NCBI RefSeq assembly: GCF_028641065.1
Contig: NC_073407.1
Coordinates: forward strand, 19,592,001 to 19,656,000
Direction of reading: 5' to 3'
DNA: 64,000 nt
Source of the DNA: Leucoraja erinacea
Lineage: Eukaryota
In this document: piece by piece, positions 1 to 13,200 of the stretch
How the letters are laid out: the number at the start of each line of letters is the position of its first letter
Numbering within the stretch: the first letter of the stretch is position 1
Translations under genes and position numbers: made by a program
Notes under the pieces: generated by a model
Databases searched by the model: none
Seen by the model: only the letters and a program-made list of their open reading frames with translations
Told to the model about the DNA's origin: nothing

Positions 1-3000
1 GCGTCTGTGGCCTGATGTAGTGTAAACAGGGGCCGATAGCAGGCCTCGTGGAGCGTCGTGGGGGGCAGCGCCGGGTAAAGAGGCTCCGCCTGGCAGGTGG
101 CTTCAGCAGCCGCGACGGCGGTCGCCAGGACAAACAAATGGACGGTAGAGGGGAAGCGGTCCCCGTTGGCGGGCAACGATCCAGATGTTTGGGAGCGCGC
201 CGGTAACCACCTGGGCGATTTGCTGTTGGAGCCCACGAACGACGGAGGCCAACGGGATAGCCAGAGCGGGTGTACAGTCCACAACTCCGCCAGCCGCTAA
301 GAACAAGCCCGAGCGTGAACGCGGGAAAAGTACAACTGCCCGATGCGGCCGGGTGGCTGCTTAGGGCGCGCAAACAAGGGAGAACATGAGGAAGCAGGGA
401 CAAGGGCACTGACGGACAAGGAAAGAGGGAAGGGGAGATAGAGCACGATGCCATTGACAAAGAGGAGTGAACAACAAGGCGCTAGGGGTGATAATGAAAG
501 AGAGAAGGCTGCTAAGGACAACGTGGGCCACAGTAAGGTGGGTAGAGGCGCGAAGACTGACGGCTAGGCGCGGTAGGCGAGAGGCTAAACAGGTAAGAGG
601 TCAGGGGACACGATGCTTAAGGGTTAGACCCAACACAGGCACGGGGGCGGGGTAGAGGTCAACGGGCGGCTGTACAAGTGACGGGGAAGGGCGCGGGCGC
701 AGCCATACGGATCATGGGAGCTGTCAACGACACAAGGCAAGAAGAAAAAGCAAAAAGGTAGGTGGGCCACCTGGGATTGTAACTTCAAAGCCTGGCAAGC
801 TCAGCGGCGACAGACGGAAGGTGCCATGTGGCCGGCGGGTGTGGGTTGGCCACGTTCACGCAACGCGGGCTAGGGGATAAACCGAGCCCAATGCAAGCGG
901 AAGGAACAACTCAGCGTGCTGGGACGAGGCACGTGAAAGCGCTTTTTGAATGCACTGGGGGGAGGCGAACAATGCTGGAGTCGGTGCACAAGCGACAAAA
1001 AGGGCAAGCGGTCCCATCACTGGGCCGGGCAATGCAGTGACTTTCCGGCGGCCGATGACCGGCCAAGCAACACCTCAAGCGTGCAACTCTCGGTGACTTT
1101 CGTGCGACGCCCGGTAGGCAAGTCGGATCGGGTCATGGGTGGCCGGAACACCAGAGGTGGCCCGGTGTGGAGGTGGGCCGCCGACGGGCCTTTTGCTTCA
1201 CGCAGGAGGGGAACAAACGGGTTGCCCAGGCCATGGTACTGACCGGGGAGCATGCCTAACAGCAGCGCGGTTGTGGACGCTTCCTCCCACGACCGACAGT
1301 GTGAGCACACCAGCGAGCACTTAATTATGGTAAGGGCCACACTGTGAGCCGAGGGTGGCGGGGGGAAGAACAAAAAGTAAAGTAAGGGAAAACGCGTAAC
1401 AGCACTGAAACACGGGCGGGATAACGAACCCAGAAGGGGGAAGTGGGAGGCAGAGAGAGCTAGCCACCCATGCCGTGAAGGCGGCAACGAAATCCCGACG
1501 GGAGCGGCTGTCGGTAGCTGTGACCGGGAGGCCGAGCAGCCGGGAACTCCCGAGAGTATCCCATCCGCTCTAATTCCTGCTCGTCGCCACACCCGGGCGT
1601 CCCCAAGAGAAAATGGAAAGGGCAAGGCAAATTAGAGAGGAAGACCCCGGAAGGCAGAACGGGAGAAACGCGAAAGAAGTCCCAGACAGGAGGGAGCTTG
1701 CGGCCGGAGGGAGGGTAACGTCGACAGCAATGGAGAAGAAAAGGCTTTAGAGAACGTAGAGTAAGATATGATTGGTGCGGAAAAGAAGAGGAGGGGGGAG
1801 AGAACAAAGGTTGGGAAAAATACCGGAATTATCATGACCGATAGCAATGTACGAACGCACATACCGCTCCATCTGACCAGGTGGGGAGTGGTGCTGGCCC
1901 AGGGGGGTAAACCCCTTGTACGAGTAAGGGAAGATAGAAGTTGCACTGCCCGCGAAGGCCCCCAGAGGCATGAGAGAACCAGCCTCACGCGTCGGCGGGG
2001 CAGGGCGGCCCAGGCTGGCGAGGGACTGTCCAGCGAGTGAGGAAACTCCAAGGGGGTCCCCCACGTCCATGCCGTAAGGGGGTGGGATCGCGCCCCGTGG
2101 ACAGAGCATCAGGCATCGTTCACGGGGCCAGAAGAGACACAGGTCAAAGTTGCAGGAGACAGAAAAAGTGGCATGGGATTCCCAGAACGATATCCTGCCG
2201 CACACGGACAACCCCTTGTGGACGACATCCAATCCACAATAATAACAACACCTCCCCAGAGACGCACGCTCCAGCCCGGAAACCCAAGGCAGGGCGAGTC
2301 ACGTGATAAATGATAATCAACACAGGTAAAAAAACACTCGGGTTGGCCAAAGTGCTGGTCCGAGGGTATATGAAGGTAAGAAGAATCAGTATAAACACAC
2401 AACTACATACAGGCTTACAGTAGCCCGCACGCAATAGCGCAAAAGCTGAGATATAGATAAGATTTTAGGCGGACTGGAAGAGTCGGATGGAAAAAGGGGG
2501 CAGGTCTGATGGAAAGGGAGGCTGTTCCAGCCGTACTAGGAGCTGCAACCACAAGAGGCGGGGTTGGCCCCTAGCGGATCCGAACCGCGGGAGTTCAAAG
2601 GCCCCTCGCATTCCGAGGGTCTGAGGGTACCGGAGTGGATGGTGGGTGGTGTGTAAGAGACGTGGTGGGGGAATTAGGAGGGGGCAAGCCCCAGGGGAGG
2701 GGCTTGGTAGACATGAGGAGGGCGTGGAAGTAGTGCGGAAGACACAGGGGGATGTCAAGGCAATGCCGGCACAACCGCCCAGAGCGAGCACGGAACAGGG
2801 AACGAGGGGGCTGCTGGTTGGTGGTCCAGGACAAGGGAGAGTTCGTGGTCTAATGGGTGGCGGCCCGAAATCACCTAGTGCCTGTCGCTCCGAGATGCTG
2901 TGCACCTGCTGATATGGGCTCCAGCCATGTTTTTGGCCTCCAGCATTTTCCAGCAGCATGCATGTGATCCGTTTGGAGCACGTGGAAGGTGGGTAGGAAC

Positions 3001-4959
3001 TTTGAGCGCAATGGCACTGGGCGGCCTGCTCAGGAGCCGCCGCTCCCACCATGGCCCCGCGCAGACTGAGCGCCTTCTGGCACCTTCACCGGCATATGCC
3101 ACTGGTCCGCGTGCATAGCAATATGGTTTCGGGCAGCGCAGAACAGACCGCCAAAATAACAAGTTCGAAGTCACAGGAACCAATTTGAAGCCCCGCACAC
3201 TCGGTGTCCAACTTTCCACGCCAACGGAGCTTGATAAAGTGCAAATCCCCGATTCTCAGGGGACACGTCAAGCAACTATGGAGTGGCAGATGAAAGGCAG
3301 GAAACTTCTGTCCGCATGCAGCAAATAGAGTGTTAATTTGGCGATCGCACCTGCCGCAAAAAGGGGATGAGAGTAAATGCCAGGGTCAGAGACTTTAGCA
3401 CCAAGTCCAACAGGCGCCGAGGCCAGTCGGAAGGGATCTAATCTGCTGGTTTTTTCAGAGAAACGTTGCCCTCCGCAAGGGAACGGGTCCAGACAAATTG
3501 CACGGAATGGCGGGGTAATTCTTTTCTGGTCAATTGTAAGCGCAAACATCCGCTCGCTAATAGTTCCCAGTCTTGTTGGGTCGCCGGCTGTACCCAAATA
3601 TGACTGTCATTCCGCAAGCAATGGCCTCAATTGGGAAACGTGATTCCACGGGAACTGTCAACTGCAGTGTGGGAGTCCCACAATTATCATCTCTTTCGAC
3701 ACGACTTCCTGACACGGGACAAGCATACAAGGTATAATTCTCCGATGCGGACGTCATAAGACCCTAGATAGAGAGCAGCTGGCTGGTACCTCTGAGTTTT
3801 TAAGAAGGATGAGAGGGGTATCGGTCAGTCAGTGCGGCTTGAAGTGCCGAATGGCCTACTCCTGCACCTATTGTCTATTGTCTATAATCCATGTTAATCC
3901 CACAACCGTTGACTCACTTTCAATTGATGGCCATTGTCTGTGTGGAGTTTGCATGTTCTGTGTTTATTCGGTTGTTTGGGCTTCCTCTGGGTGCTCCAGT
4001 TCCCTCCTACATTCCAAAAACGTGTTGTAGGCGGGTTAATCAGCTACCATGAACAATCATTCAGTGCAAGTAGATGGTGGGTTACTCATGGTGGAGTTGT
4101 GGGGCTTGTGACAGAGAAGGGGATTACATGGAAATAAGTTGAGGCATGGGTTGGATGGAATTGTTCTGAGAGCTAGCATGGACTAAATGGGCTGAATGTC
4201 CTCTGTCATGAAAGAGGATGATGACATTTTTTTGCGTATGCAAGTTACCAACTCTGAATGGTCACAGTCCTGGAGGTTTTATCACACGACTCCCCCGCCT
4301 ACAAATGGCTGTAAGTGAGCCCATTGCTCACTTACTACATTCGACTTCTCAATGCCCTGTCTTCCCAAGCCAATTTTATATCCAATTTGATGATACCGTC
4401 ACTCAAAAGGACCTTTGTCCCCATCTTTAATATTTTATAACGAGTAAACAAAGAAAACAAAATTAAATCACAGATTTATTTTTGAATATCTAACATTTCC
4501 TTCGGGACTTTTGCCCACCATAATATCTTAGCAATTTCTGGAGAACCCTGGGGAGTCCACAAAGACTGGCAATCCAAACAGTATCAAAATATGGCTGGCC
4601 TCCATTATGCCAATATCTTGCCTCCAGGATCATTCTAGGGCATGGGAGACACACACGGACATGTGGGAACTCAAGGCACACAGGAAAGCCAGGGGAGTAA
4701 AGGGTAACAGCGAGTGTGAGAAAGTGCAGGAAAACGAGAGACACACACAAACACTCAAGTTGAAAGGTCGTTACAATAATGAAAAAGGGTGAACATGAGC
4801 AGAGTTCAAAATAAACGGGATAAATCAGAAAATGATATCAAATATTATAGATGATCATAAACCGGTTGCAGGATCAGAGCTTAGGACAAATTTGTTTTCC
4901 TTCATGTGGAGCCACAGCAAGAGTAGGATTATGTTCAGCAGAAAACTCACAGACCAGGG

Positions 4960-5205
4960 GGAAAAAAACTTCCATTCTGCTTTTCACATCCTCAGGGCAT
5001 CCCAAAATGCTTTACAACCAGAGAATTACTTTCCGAAGTGTGGACTTTGTAGTAATGTAAGAAACAAAGCAGCCAGTTTGTGCACAGCAAGCCCCGACAA
5101 GTAAAACCATAATGGCTGGATCAATTATTTGCTGACGTTGATTCAAAGATAAATATTGCTCAGAAACAGCAGAGAACTGCTTCCTCCAGTTTGAAACATT
5201 ACCCA
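4960..5205 (-). mobile_element. Ancient Deu-domain SINE remnant (SacSINE1/AmnSINE1-like); a similar remnant lies at about 49850-50170
   Basis: The plus strand reads CCCAAAATGCTTTACA...GTAATGTAAGAAACAAAGCAGCCAGTTTGTGCACAGCAAG, resembling the recalled Deu-domain consensus. Not verified by alignment. Confidence 0.5.
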
Positions 5206-5210
5206 CAGGT

Positions 5211-5721
5211 AACATAGAAACATAGAAAATAGGTGCAGGAGTAGGCTATTCGGCCCTTCGAGCCTGCACCGCCATTCAATATGATCATGGCTGATCATCC
5301 AACTCAGTGTCCTGTACCTGCCTTCTCTCCATACCTCCTGATCCCTTTAGCCACAAGGGCCACATCTAACTCCCTCTTAAATATAGCCAATGAACTGGCC
5401 TCAACTACCTTCTGTGGCAGAGAATTCCAGAGATTCACCACTCTGTGTGTGAAAAATGTTTTTCTCATCTCGGTCCTAAAAGATTTCCCCCTTATCCTTA
5501 AACTGTGACCCCTTGTTCTGGACTTCCCCAACATCGGGAACGATCTTCCTGCATCTAGCCTGTCCAACCCCTTAAGAATTTTGTACGTTTCTATAAGATC
5601 CCCCCTCAATCTTCTAAATTCTAGCAAGTACAAGCTGAGTCTATCCAGTCTTTCTTCATATGAAAGTCCTGCCATCCCGGGAATCAGTCTGGTGAACCTT
5701 CTCTTTACTCCCTCTATGGCG
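5211..5721 (-). mobile_element. CR1-clade (HER1-like) LINE 3' end, young
   Basis: LAIEGVKRRFTRLIPGMAGLSYEERLDRL...LEFRRLRGDLIETYKIL...SRTRGHSLRI...[14 protein letters not shown], 3' UTR and (TTTCTATG)n tail. Confidence 0.92.
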
Positions 5722-5833
5722 AGTACTTTGACATCCACTTGAGAGAACAGATCGTGGTAACTGTGTGGAATGAGCAGCCAGAGAATGGGTCGAGACCCAT
5801 TCCTTCTCACCAGAGATGCTGCCTGACCCGCTG

Positions 5834-6147
5834 AGTTTAGTTTAGTTTAGAGATACAGCGCGGAAACAGGTCCTACGGTCCACAGGGTCCGCGTCGACTA
5901 ACGATCCCCGCACGTTAACACCATCCTACACCCACTAGAGACAATTTTTACATTTCCCAAGCCATTAACCTGCAAACCTGTACGTGCTTGGAGTGTGGGA
6001 GGAAACCGAAGATCTCGGAGAAAATCCATGCAGGTCACGGGGAGAGCGTGCAAACTCCGTACAGACAGCACCCGTAGTCGGGATCGAACCCGGGTCCCCG
6101 GCGCTGCACTTGCTGTAAGGCAACACTCTCTACCGCTGCGCCACCGT
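5834..6147 (-). mobile_element. HE1-like tRNA-derived V-SINE, near full length
   Basis: A box TGGCGCAGCGG, B box GGTTCGATCCC, V-domain CTCCCCGTGACC...GGTTTCCTCCCACACTCCAA, CR1-like 3' end and (CTAAA)n tail. It splits a Penelope terminus (5785-5833 and 6150-6206). Confidence 0.85.
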
Positions 6148-6959
6148 TACATCAGCATTTTGTGTCTACCTTCAGTGTAAACCAGCATTTGCAGTGCCTT
6201 CCTGCACAGCCAGAGAACATTGTTGTGGGAGGTGAAATAGCAACATTTAAAAGACATTTGGACAGGATCGTGGGCAGAATTGATTTAGAGGGGTATAGGT
6301 CAAATGCGAGCAAATGGGACTTGCTTTGAAGGGGCATCTTGGTCAGTATGGATGACCTGGGCCGAAGGGCCTGTTTCCATGCTGCATGACTCTACAACAG
6401 ATCAAGCCTCTATTTATGATTCCCAGGACAACACACCCAACAGTCAGGAACTTCCTCCATTTTGCTCCAGAATGTTTGTCAACATGTATAAACATGTGTG
6501 CAATCCAATGGGCCATGATTGACAAGGTCTGACATGTTGACAGTTGTGATTGCACCAATGAAGCTGTTCTTCTTGAAGTGGAATTCAAGAGTTCCCCAAC
6601 TCTGCCCCCTTGTCCATTCTTAATGAGTGTAACCTCAGCAAAGCTCCCTGCAACACAGCACCAACGTGCTAGAGGAACGCAGCAGGTCGGGCAGCATCTG
6701 TGCAGGAAGTGAACAGATGACATGAGAGATGGACAGATGACACATTATGATCTGTGTTGTTATATGTGTTAATGTGACTAAAGCAGTGTACCATCATGTA
6801 CCAAATCCAAATACCACCAACCCTGGTGGCGTGGCAAATAAAGATTCTATCTATCGTTCTATTACAGGTCGGGACTGATTGAATGGTTCATTCAGAATCA
6901 CTGAAGTAGAATCCCGACCTGAAATGTCTCTCTCCACACATGCTGCCTGATTCGTTCAG

Positions 6960-7212
6960 CTTAGACTTTAGACTTAGCCTTTGACCCACCGAGTTTGTGA
7001 CAAACAGCAATACCCCCTTCACACGAGGGGCAATTTACAATTTACAGAAGCCATTTAACCTACAAACCTATACATATTTGATGTGTGCAAGGAAACCGAC
7101 GCAGTCACAGGGAGAACGTACAAACTCTGTACAGTCATCACCTGTAGTCAGGATCAAACCCGGGTCTCTGGCGCTGCAAGGCAGCAACTCTACCACTGCG
7201 TCACTGTGCTGC
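6960..7212 (-). mobile_element. Degenerate V-SINE (similar copies at about 3930-4210 +, 20318-20520 +, 53195-53525 +)
   Basis: tRNA-like head and V-domain motifs as in 5834-6147. Confidence 0.7.
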
Positions 7213-7764
7213 CCAGTTCTTCCAGCACTTTGTGCTTTGCTCAAGATTCAAACATCTGTGTCTTGTGTCTGCCTACGGCAGAGTACTGAAATATGTTTCT
7301 TATTTTCCTTTCAAATAGAATCCAGCACAAACACGACCTCCTCCTGACAAGACCCAAAAAGGAAAGAAAAATATAAGGCTCCACGGTGACTGCATCAATT
7401 TGTCATAGTGCCTTTGACTCGTCTCGCAGTGTGAGAACACATTTGGATCCAGATCAGACAAATGCCCATGTTTTCATCAAAGAAGACGAGGCTGAGCTGT
7501 GGAAAACCAGGGGGGGATTTGATACACTGCAGAGAAGAGGTTTAAGCTCATTGGTAAAGAACCAGGTTTGGGGTCGAGTTGAAGAGCTTTTTTCCACACA
7601 GCGACTTGTTGTGACTGGTACCATTTGATAAGATGGTGGAAGCAGGTTTGTCAAAAATCTTAAAAGGCAATTGGCTACTAAGAAACATTTGCAGGGCTAT
7701 GAGAACAAGCAGAGGATTGGGACCATTGAATATATCTTTCAGAGACAATTTTGATGAGGACAAT

Positions 7765-8970
7765 AAGTTACTATCCTAACCAGAAATCATGAATGAACAG
7801 AAAGATTCACCCTCTGCTAAAGGACACATGCGAGATTTTCAAGAAGGATGATCCCGTACTGTATAAAAAGACCAATTATCTTGTCCACAAGGCTACCAAA
7901 AATGCCAAAAGAGAATTCCAAAACAAGCTAGAGGCTCAAATAGATCAAACAGATGCCAGACAAATGTGGAATAGTTTGAATACCATCGCAAGCTAAAAGC
8001 TGACATTAGTAGCAATGTCTGGCAACAACACATCTCCTCTTCTATACTTTATACGCCCATTTCAAACATGCAAACAAAGTTCATCCACAGCGTGTTCTCC
8101 CATCATCCGCTGGGTCTGTCCCAGACATCTCAGTCGCAAACGTTAGATCTGCTTTCATGAGGGTAAACACTGGGAAAATGGCCGATCTGAATGAAGTTCC
8201 TTGTTGGGTTCTGAGATTGTGCGCCAATCAACTGGCCTCCGTCTTCACTGACTTCTTCAACGTCTCACGGATCTGGTTGATAGCTTCACGTGCCTTGGAA
8301 TCCTCTTCACCGGCAACTTAACCTGGTCCCTTCACACTGCTCTGGTGATCAAGAAACCACATCAGCATATCCGCATAGTTACTATCATAGGCATCTGAGA
8401 AGATTCGGCATATCCCGAGTGGTTTCTCTCAAGCTTGTCCAGATGCGCTATGGAAAGTATTCTGATGGGATCATCCATCTTATCCTGGCATGCCAACTAC
8501 TCACCTCATGCACTTTGCAGAGAATGGTGAGCACAGCCCTGTCCATTAAAAGCTCATTACTTCCTTCAAACCATCTTCACGGTGGTTGGAAGCACCATCA
8601 GGAGGGTTTGTAAGTATTATCAAAGATGCCTTTCTCTCTCCCAGACATAAGAACAACTTCCATCACTGCTTTAATACTACTATCAGACTCTTGAACCAAT
8701 CACCTCTTTCATACCCCCATCCCGGAGGTGGGGGTCAGGTACTTTTACTCTTTCCTCACTCTACCTCATTCGGTTATTCCGTTGTTGTACTTTTTCTGAC
8801 CTACTCCAGATTGCATTACAATCTTCACACCATTCTGCTGTTTCCCCACTGGGTTTATTGTTGTATCTCTCATTGTCATGTGCTCTGTGTGCTCTGTGTG
8901 CTTCATGCAAACAAGGAATGTTGAAGTACCCTGGTGTATATGAGAATAAACCCATCTGAATCCGAATCTG
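7765..8970 (+). mobile_element. Degenerate Rex1/Babar-type LINE ORF2 fragments plus 3' end
   Basis: YPNQKS*MN...LLKD...FKKDDPVLYKK...AKREFQNKLE...DARQMWNSLNTI. Later pieces resemble the RT C-terminus, ending in AATAAA and a CTGAATC tail. Confidence 0.7.
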
Positions 8971-9690
8971 TGAAAACATGATAGGCTGAAGGGTCATCGC
9001 CTGCAACGTATGACCTTATTGGATCTCTCAGAAGCCGCCGTGCTCTTCATGTAGAATGGAGTCGCCTGAATACCAGTGCCTTCTCGTATGTAAGAAAACT
9101 CTCAGGCAATTTGTGCATCATAAGTTTCCACAATGGAATGAACAGATGGTGTATTTACTTTTTTTGTCATTGCGGAGGTTGTTTGAAAGACAAACATTAG
9201 TCAGGACACTGGAAGATCTCCCAATCTCCTTTACACCACCTGAACCACCACAGGACAGAGATAAATATCCCCTCTCTAAGGTTTCCCAACATCCGGTTGA
9301 AAAATTAATGGAAATGAATGGAAATGGAAGTTCTACATTTGTTTTGTGTGTTCCCATTACTTCTTGGGACTATTTTGGACAAAAAATGATCAAAAATTAT
9401 ATTATTGAACTTTGAACGTTCAAGAACAAATTACAAAACAGTGTGTGGCAGTAATATTATAAACACATGTTTGCTTTTTATGGTACTTTAATGATTTTTT
9501 TTTAGGTGCTTTAATGATAATACAACAGTAATATTAAAATGGTTACCTAAACTCACCTCATTCACACCTCTGTTATCTCGACATCTGATTATCCTAAGCA
9601 CTCCTGGATGATCAGTAACCCTCCTTGCTACATTAATGTACCATCATCCTAATATCTGTTGACCATGAACAAACAGACCATGAAGGACCA

Positions 9691-9932
9691 GCAGTGGAGA
9701 TGCTGCCTTACAGCGCCAAAGACCCGGTCCAATCCTGACTACTGGTGCTGTCTGCACGGAGTTTGTCCAACACTCCAAAGAAGTACAGGTTTGTAGATTA
9801 ATTGGCTTGCTATAAATGTATATTGCCCCTCGTGTGATGTAGGATAGTGTTAATGTGCATGGATCGATGGTCGGTGCAGTCTCGGTGGGCCGAAGGGCCT
9901 GTTTCTGTGCTGTATCTCCAAACTAAACTAAA
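9691..9932 (+). mobile_element. HE1-like V-SINE, internally deleted
   Basis: TGCTGCCTTACAGCGCC...GGTGCTGTCTGCACGGAGTTTG...GGGCCGAAGGGCCTGTTTC...(AACTA)n. Confidence 0.8.
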
Positions 9933-9939
9933 ACACCAT

Positions 9940-10250
9940 ATCCACCTCACCCACCTGCTTCTGCTCACTGATTGACTCATCCACACCCCAGCCTCGTAAA
10001 ATGCTCATTCTTAGTTTCAAATTCCTCCATGTTCTGAACCCTCCTTCCCCCTGATCTGCCAGTTTTCAAATCATCTTGGATATCTTCTCAATTCCTGCCT
10101 CTCAATTATCCTTGACTTTTAATCAAACTATCCTTGGCAGCCACACTCGGAGTTCGAGAAATTTCCCCATAAACCTCTCCACTTTACTTCGCTTTGAGAC
10201 ACCTCTTGAAAACTCTCCCTTTGATCAAACTCTTGGTTATCTGCGGTATT
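9940..10250 (+). mobile_element. Old L2-clade LINE 3' remnant
   Basis: CTCACCC...CTGCTCACTGA...AAATGCTCATTCTTAGTTTCAAATTCCTCCATG...CTCTTGAAAACTCTCCCTTTGATCAAAC pattern, recalled as an L2 3' end. Confidence 0.5.
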
Positions 10251-10369
10251 ACATCCCTATAGAGCTGCACATTGGTAGCAATGGAAGCTACTGCAATATA
10301 TTACTGTCAGTACATGAACATGAATTGGGGATGAATTTGTTGCTTTATCTAAAAGGTGAAAACTCTGGC

Positions 10370-10371
<2 letters not shown>

Positions 10372-10429
<58 letters not shown>
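10372..10429 (+). repeat. Poly-C tract (58 nt)
   Basis: Read directly. Homopolymer length may be unreliable. Confidence 0.9.
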
Positions 10430-10488
10430 TGTGGGAGGGAAGGACAGGTTATGTTTCAAGTCAGGACCCTTCTTCAGACACCCCCCCA

Positions 10489-11375
10489 TTCAGAATCAGA
10501 ATCACCCCTCAATTTATTTGTCATTTGGACCCCTGGAGGTCCAAACGACTCCCCGTTTCCCCAGCCCCCATAACACACCCCCCCCCCCCAGACACAACAT
10601 AATTACTATTTTACATAAACATCCATCACATAACTGTGATGGAGGCCAAATTAAACGTATCTCTCCCACTGCATCTCTCCCCCCCCCCCCCCCCCCCCAT
10701 GTCAGAGTCAAAGTCATAGCCCCCGGCTGGCAATGGCGATTGTCCCGCGGCCATTGAAGCCACGCCGGGTGGTGCGAGGTCGCACACCGGGTCTTGGTGT
10801 TGGAGCCCCCGGTGTGCGCTCGCAGAGTCCCGCGGCCATTCCAGCCGCGCGGGGCAGTGGTGTTAGGCCCCGCTCCAGGAGCTCTTCGACCCCGCAACTC
10901 GGGCGGGAGAAGTCGCCGTTGCAGGAGCCCCGAAAAGCGGTCTCCCTCCAGGGAGCCGTGGGCTCGGCGCCGTCGTCCACAGACCTGTTGCCTCCGACTC
11001 TCCGGCAGCAGCAGCAGCAGCAGCAGCAGCAACTCATCAGCAGCAGCAGCGCTCCTCCACCGCTCCGGACCCGGCCAGCTCCGCGACGGTGAGGTGAGTC
11101 GACACCTGAGTCCCCGGTCTCTTCCTGTTGGAGCCGCTCCTCGTTACGGCCTCAACGACGACTGAGACCCGACGAGGGAAAAGGAATCTCAGTGCAGGGA
11201 GAGACAAAAAGTTTCCCCCCCCTCTCCACCCCACCCCCACCCCCACGGGCCCCCACACACACACCCCAATCTAAAATAACAAAAACTACACAGAAACACA
11301 GACAAAAAATAATAAAAACGCGGACAGGCTGCAGAGGCCGCTGCTGGCCAGAGCCGCGCCGCCTACCGGAAATGG
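10489..11375 (-). mobile_element. GC-rich non-coding retroelement with (CAG)n tract, 3' stem-loop and (ATTCTG)n tail
   Basis: GC-rich head CCATTTCCGGTAGGCGGCGC, then a T-rich tract, G-tract, GGGGAAACTTTTT, stem-loop at 10622-10643, AATAAA and a microsatellite tail. It sits inside a Penelope terminus remnant. Confidence 0.65.
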
Positions 11376-12608
11376 TAAAGATGGATCCCAACCCGAAATA
11401 TTGCCTGTACATTTCCACCTCAGATGCTGCTTGATTGACTTCGTCAGTTCCTCCAGCACTTTGGCTGTATTTGTTTTTGTTCTGTGGGTGTGGTCTGGCC
11501 AGCTGAACATGTATCACAGCTTCAGTCATAGAGGCATAACGTCCTTACAACTGCTATTAACTATTTGAACTCACAGAATCAGAGGCATTTCCTTTGTGCT
11601 ACACCTCCTTCCCAACCTTCTCTCCTGCAGGAAACTAACATGTTTGTTTCTCTCTTTATCAGTTCCTAGAACGGAATCTGGATCTAAAACTCAGTCAGAG
11701 TTTCCACAAAAACTGCCCGATCCGCTCAGTCCTCCCGGCATTTTTCTGTTTTTGGATTTCCAAACTCTGCAATTTGTTAATTCCCTACCTCAGTAATGCA
11801 CTGAGGCTGTTTGCCCAGTTCATGGTTAAGTAATGCAGTGGGACTTGAACAAATACAGGATAAGAGACTTATCATCTGATCCATTCTTCAGCCTCAAGGC
11901 TGCCAGTCTTTCCCACCTGTTTATCACAGTCGGCTGTGTGTGAGAAGTTGCCAACCCTATCTCCTGGGGAGGGAGATCACAAATCACTTCTACAACTCCA
12001 CATGCACTTAGAGTTTTGAAACAGTGGAAAGAATATAAGAATAGAAAGCCAGTCAGTCAATCAAACACTTTATACTGTCAGATAAAGGCTAATGTGCACT
12101 TAACTCCATCACTCTTCTGCTGATTAAAAAAAAAACCAATACATTTTCAATGGGCCTCCAGCCTTCATGGCTGTTTTGTGGGGAAGGGGGAGTGTGGATG
12201 TCTTCCACAATTCCGCTCCTCTTTGTGGGAAGAAATGCTTCCTGACCGTCTCCGATCGGCTGCCGAAACAATAAGGTTATACACCAATGTGGAGCTGGAA
12301 TTGTCACCCCCACCATCACACCAGCTGCACGATCCCCCCGCCCAAGTAACAGGTTGTTGGGAGACACATTGTGCTGGGAAAAGCATATCTGATCCAGGGG
12401 ACTAGACAAGCAACTTCAATATTCCAGACTGCTGTCTATTTCTGGAACTTTGTGTTCTTTAATCTTTCAAAGTTTGTCCCGTTATTATTTCCTTCTGGGC
12501 TCCGCTGCGGTGAGGCAGCACAGATCCTGTATTTTGCATCTGAATTTAATTTCCGTTGTTTTGGCAGGATGTTGTCAAGACTTAAACAAATCCCGTGAGT
12601 GGCACACA

Positions 12609-12676
12609 TATCAGCAGTCAATAATAAAACTGCACTTAACACTATCAGCAGTCAATAATAAAACTGCACTTAACAC
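12609..12676 (+). repeat. 34-bp tandem duplication
   Basis: TATCAGCAGTCAATAATAAAACTGCACTTAACAC x2. Confidence 0.9.
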
Positions 12677-12989
12677 TAAGGGCCTCCTTCCTACGCAAGC
12701 TCCCCTCTGATCAAAACTCACCCACCCCCTCCACCCTAACCCCAAACTCACTACCTCGCCCAGCCTCACAGCTCAGTGACTCCCAATGTCCCGCAAATGA
12801 CAGGCTCTCAACAATCCCACCCTCCCGCTCCGCACACCTGACCAATCTCATGGGACACTGCTTAGCTTTTTCTGTATCTTTCTTAATTTCACACGGGGAG
12901 AAATATATTGGCTGAAGATTGTTTTCTGTTACAATGGAGATCTCAGGGGGTTAAAGAGGCAGATTGTGAGGAGCATCTTAAAAGAGGGG

Positions 12990-13200
12990 TGTAGGAAGGA
13001 ACTGCAGATGCTGGTTTACACCGAAGATCGATACAAAATGCTGGAGTAACTCTGCGGGACAGGCAGCATCTCTGGATAGAAGGAATGGGCGACGTTATGG
13101 GTCAAGACCCTTCTTCAGACTGAGACCCGAAACATCACCCTTTCCTTCTATCCAGAGATGCTGCGTGTCTCGCTGAGTTGATCCAGCATTTTGTGTCTAT
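12990..13200. mobile_element. Fold-back Penelope-terminus element (TGTAGGAAGGAACTGCAG subfamily)
   Basis: Inverted arms around GACCCTTCTTCAGACTGAGACCCGAAAC. Imperfect ATCTTAA(A)AGAG on both flanks. Confidence 0.8.

Noticed and set aside
1017-3597. Long ORFs (up to 202 aa) in the first 3.8 kb
   Set aside because: No recognisable domain. Expected by chance in GC-rich skewed sequence.
6060-6147. tRNA-like A and B boxes
   Set aside because: This is a SINE head followed by a V-domain and tail, not a tRNA gene.
6430-6647. Possible decayed lamc3 exon 2 (GSFAEVTLIK / LEFH..NSFI / HGP-WI...RKFLTVG after an AG)
   Set aside because: It needs several frame changes, similarity is at chance level by eye, and the acceptor-like tract overlaps a Penelope remnant. 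Only tBLASTn or GeneWise could rescue it.
10076-11165. Poly-Pro, poly-Gln and poly-Cys ORFs
   Set aside because: Translations of poly-C and (CAG)n tracts in repeat DNA.
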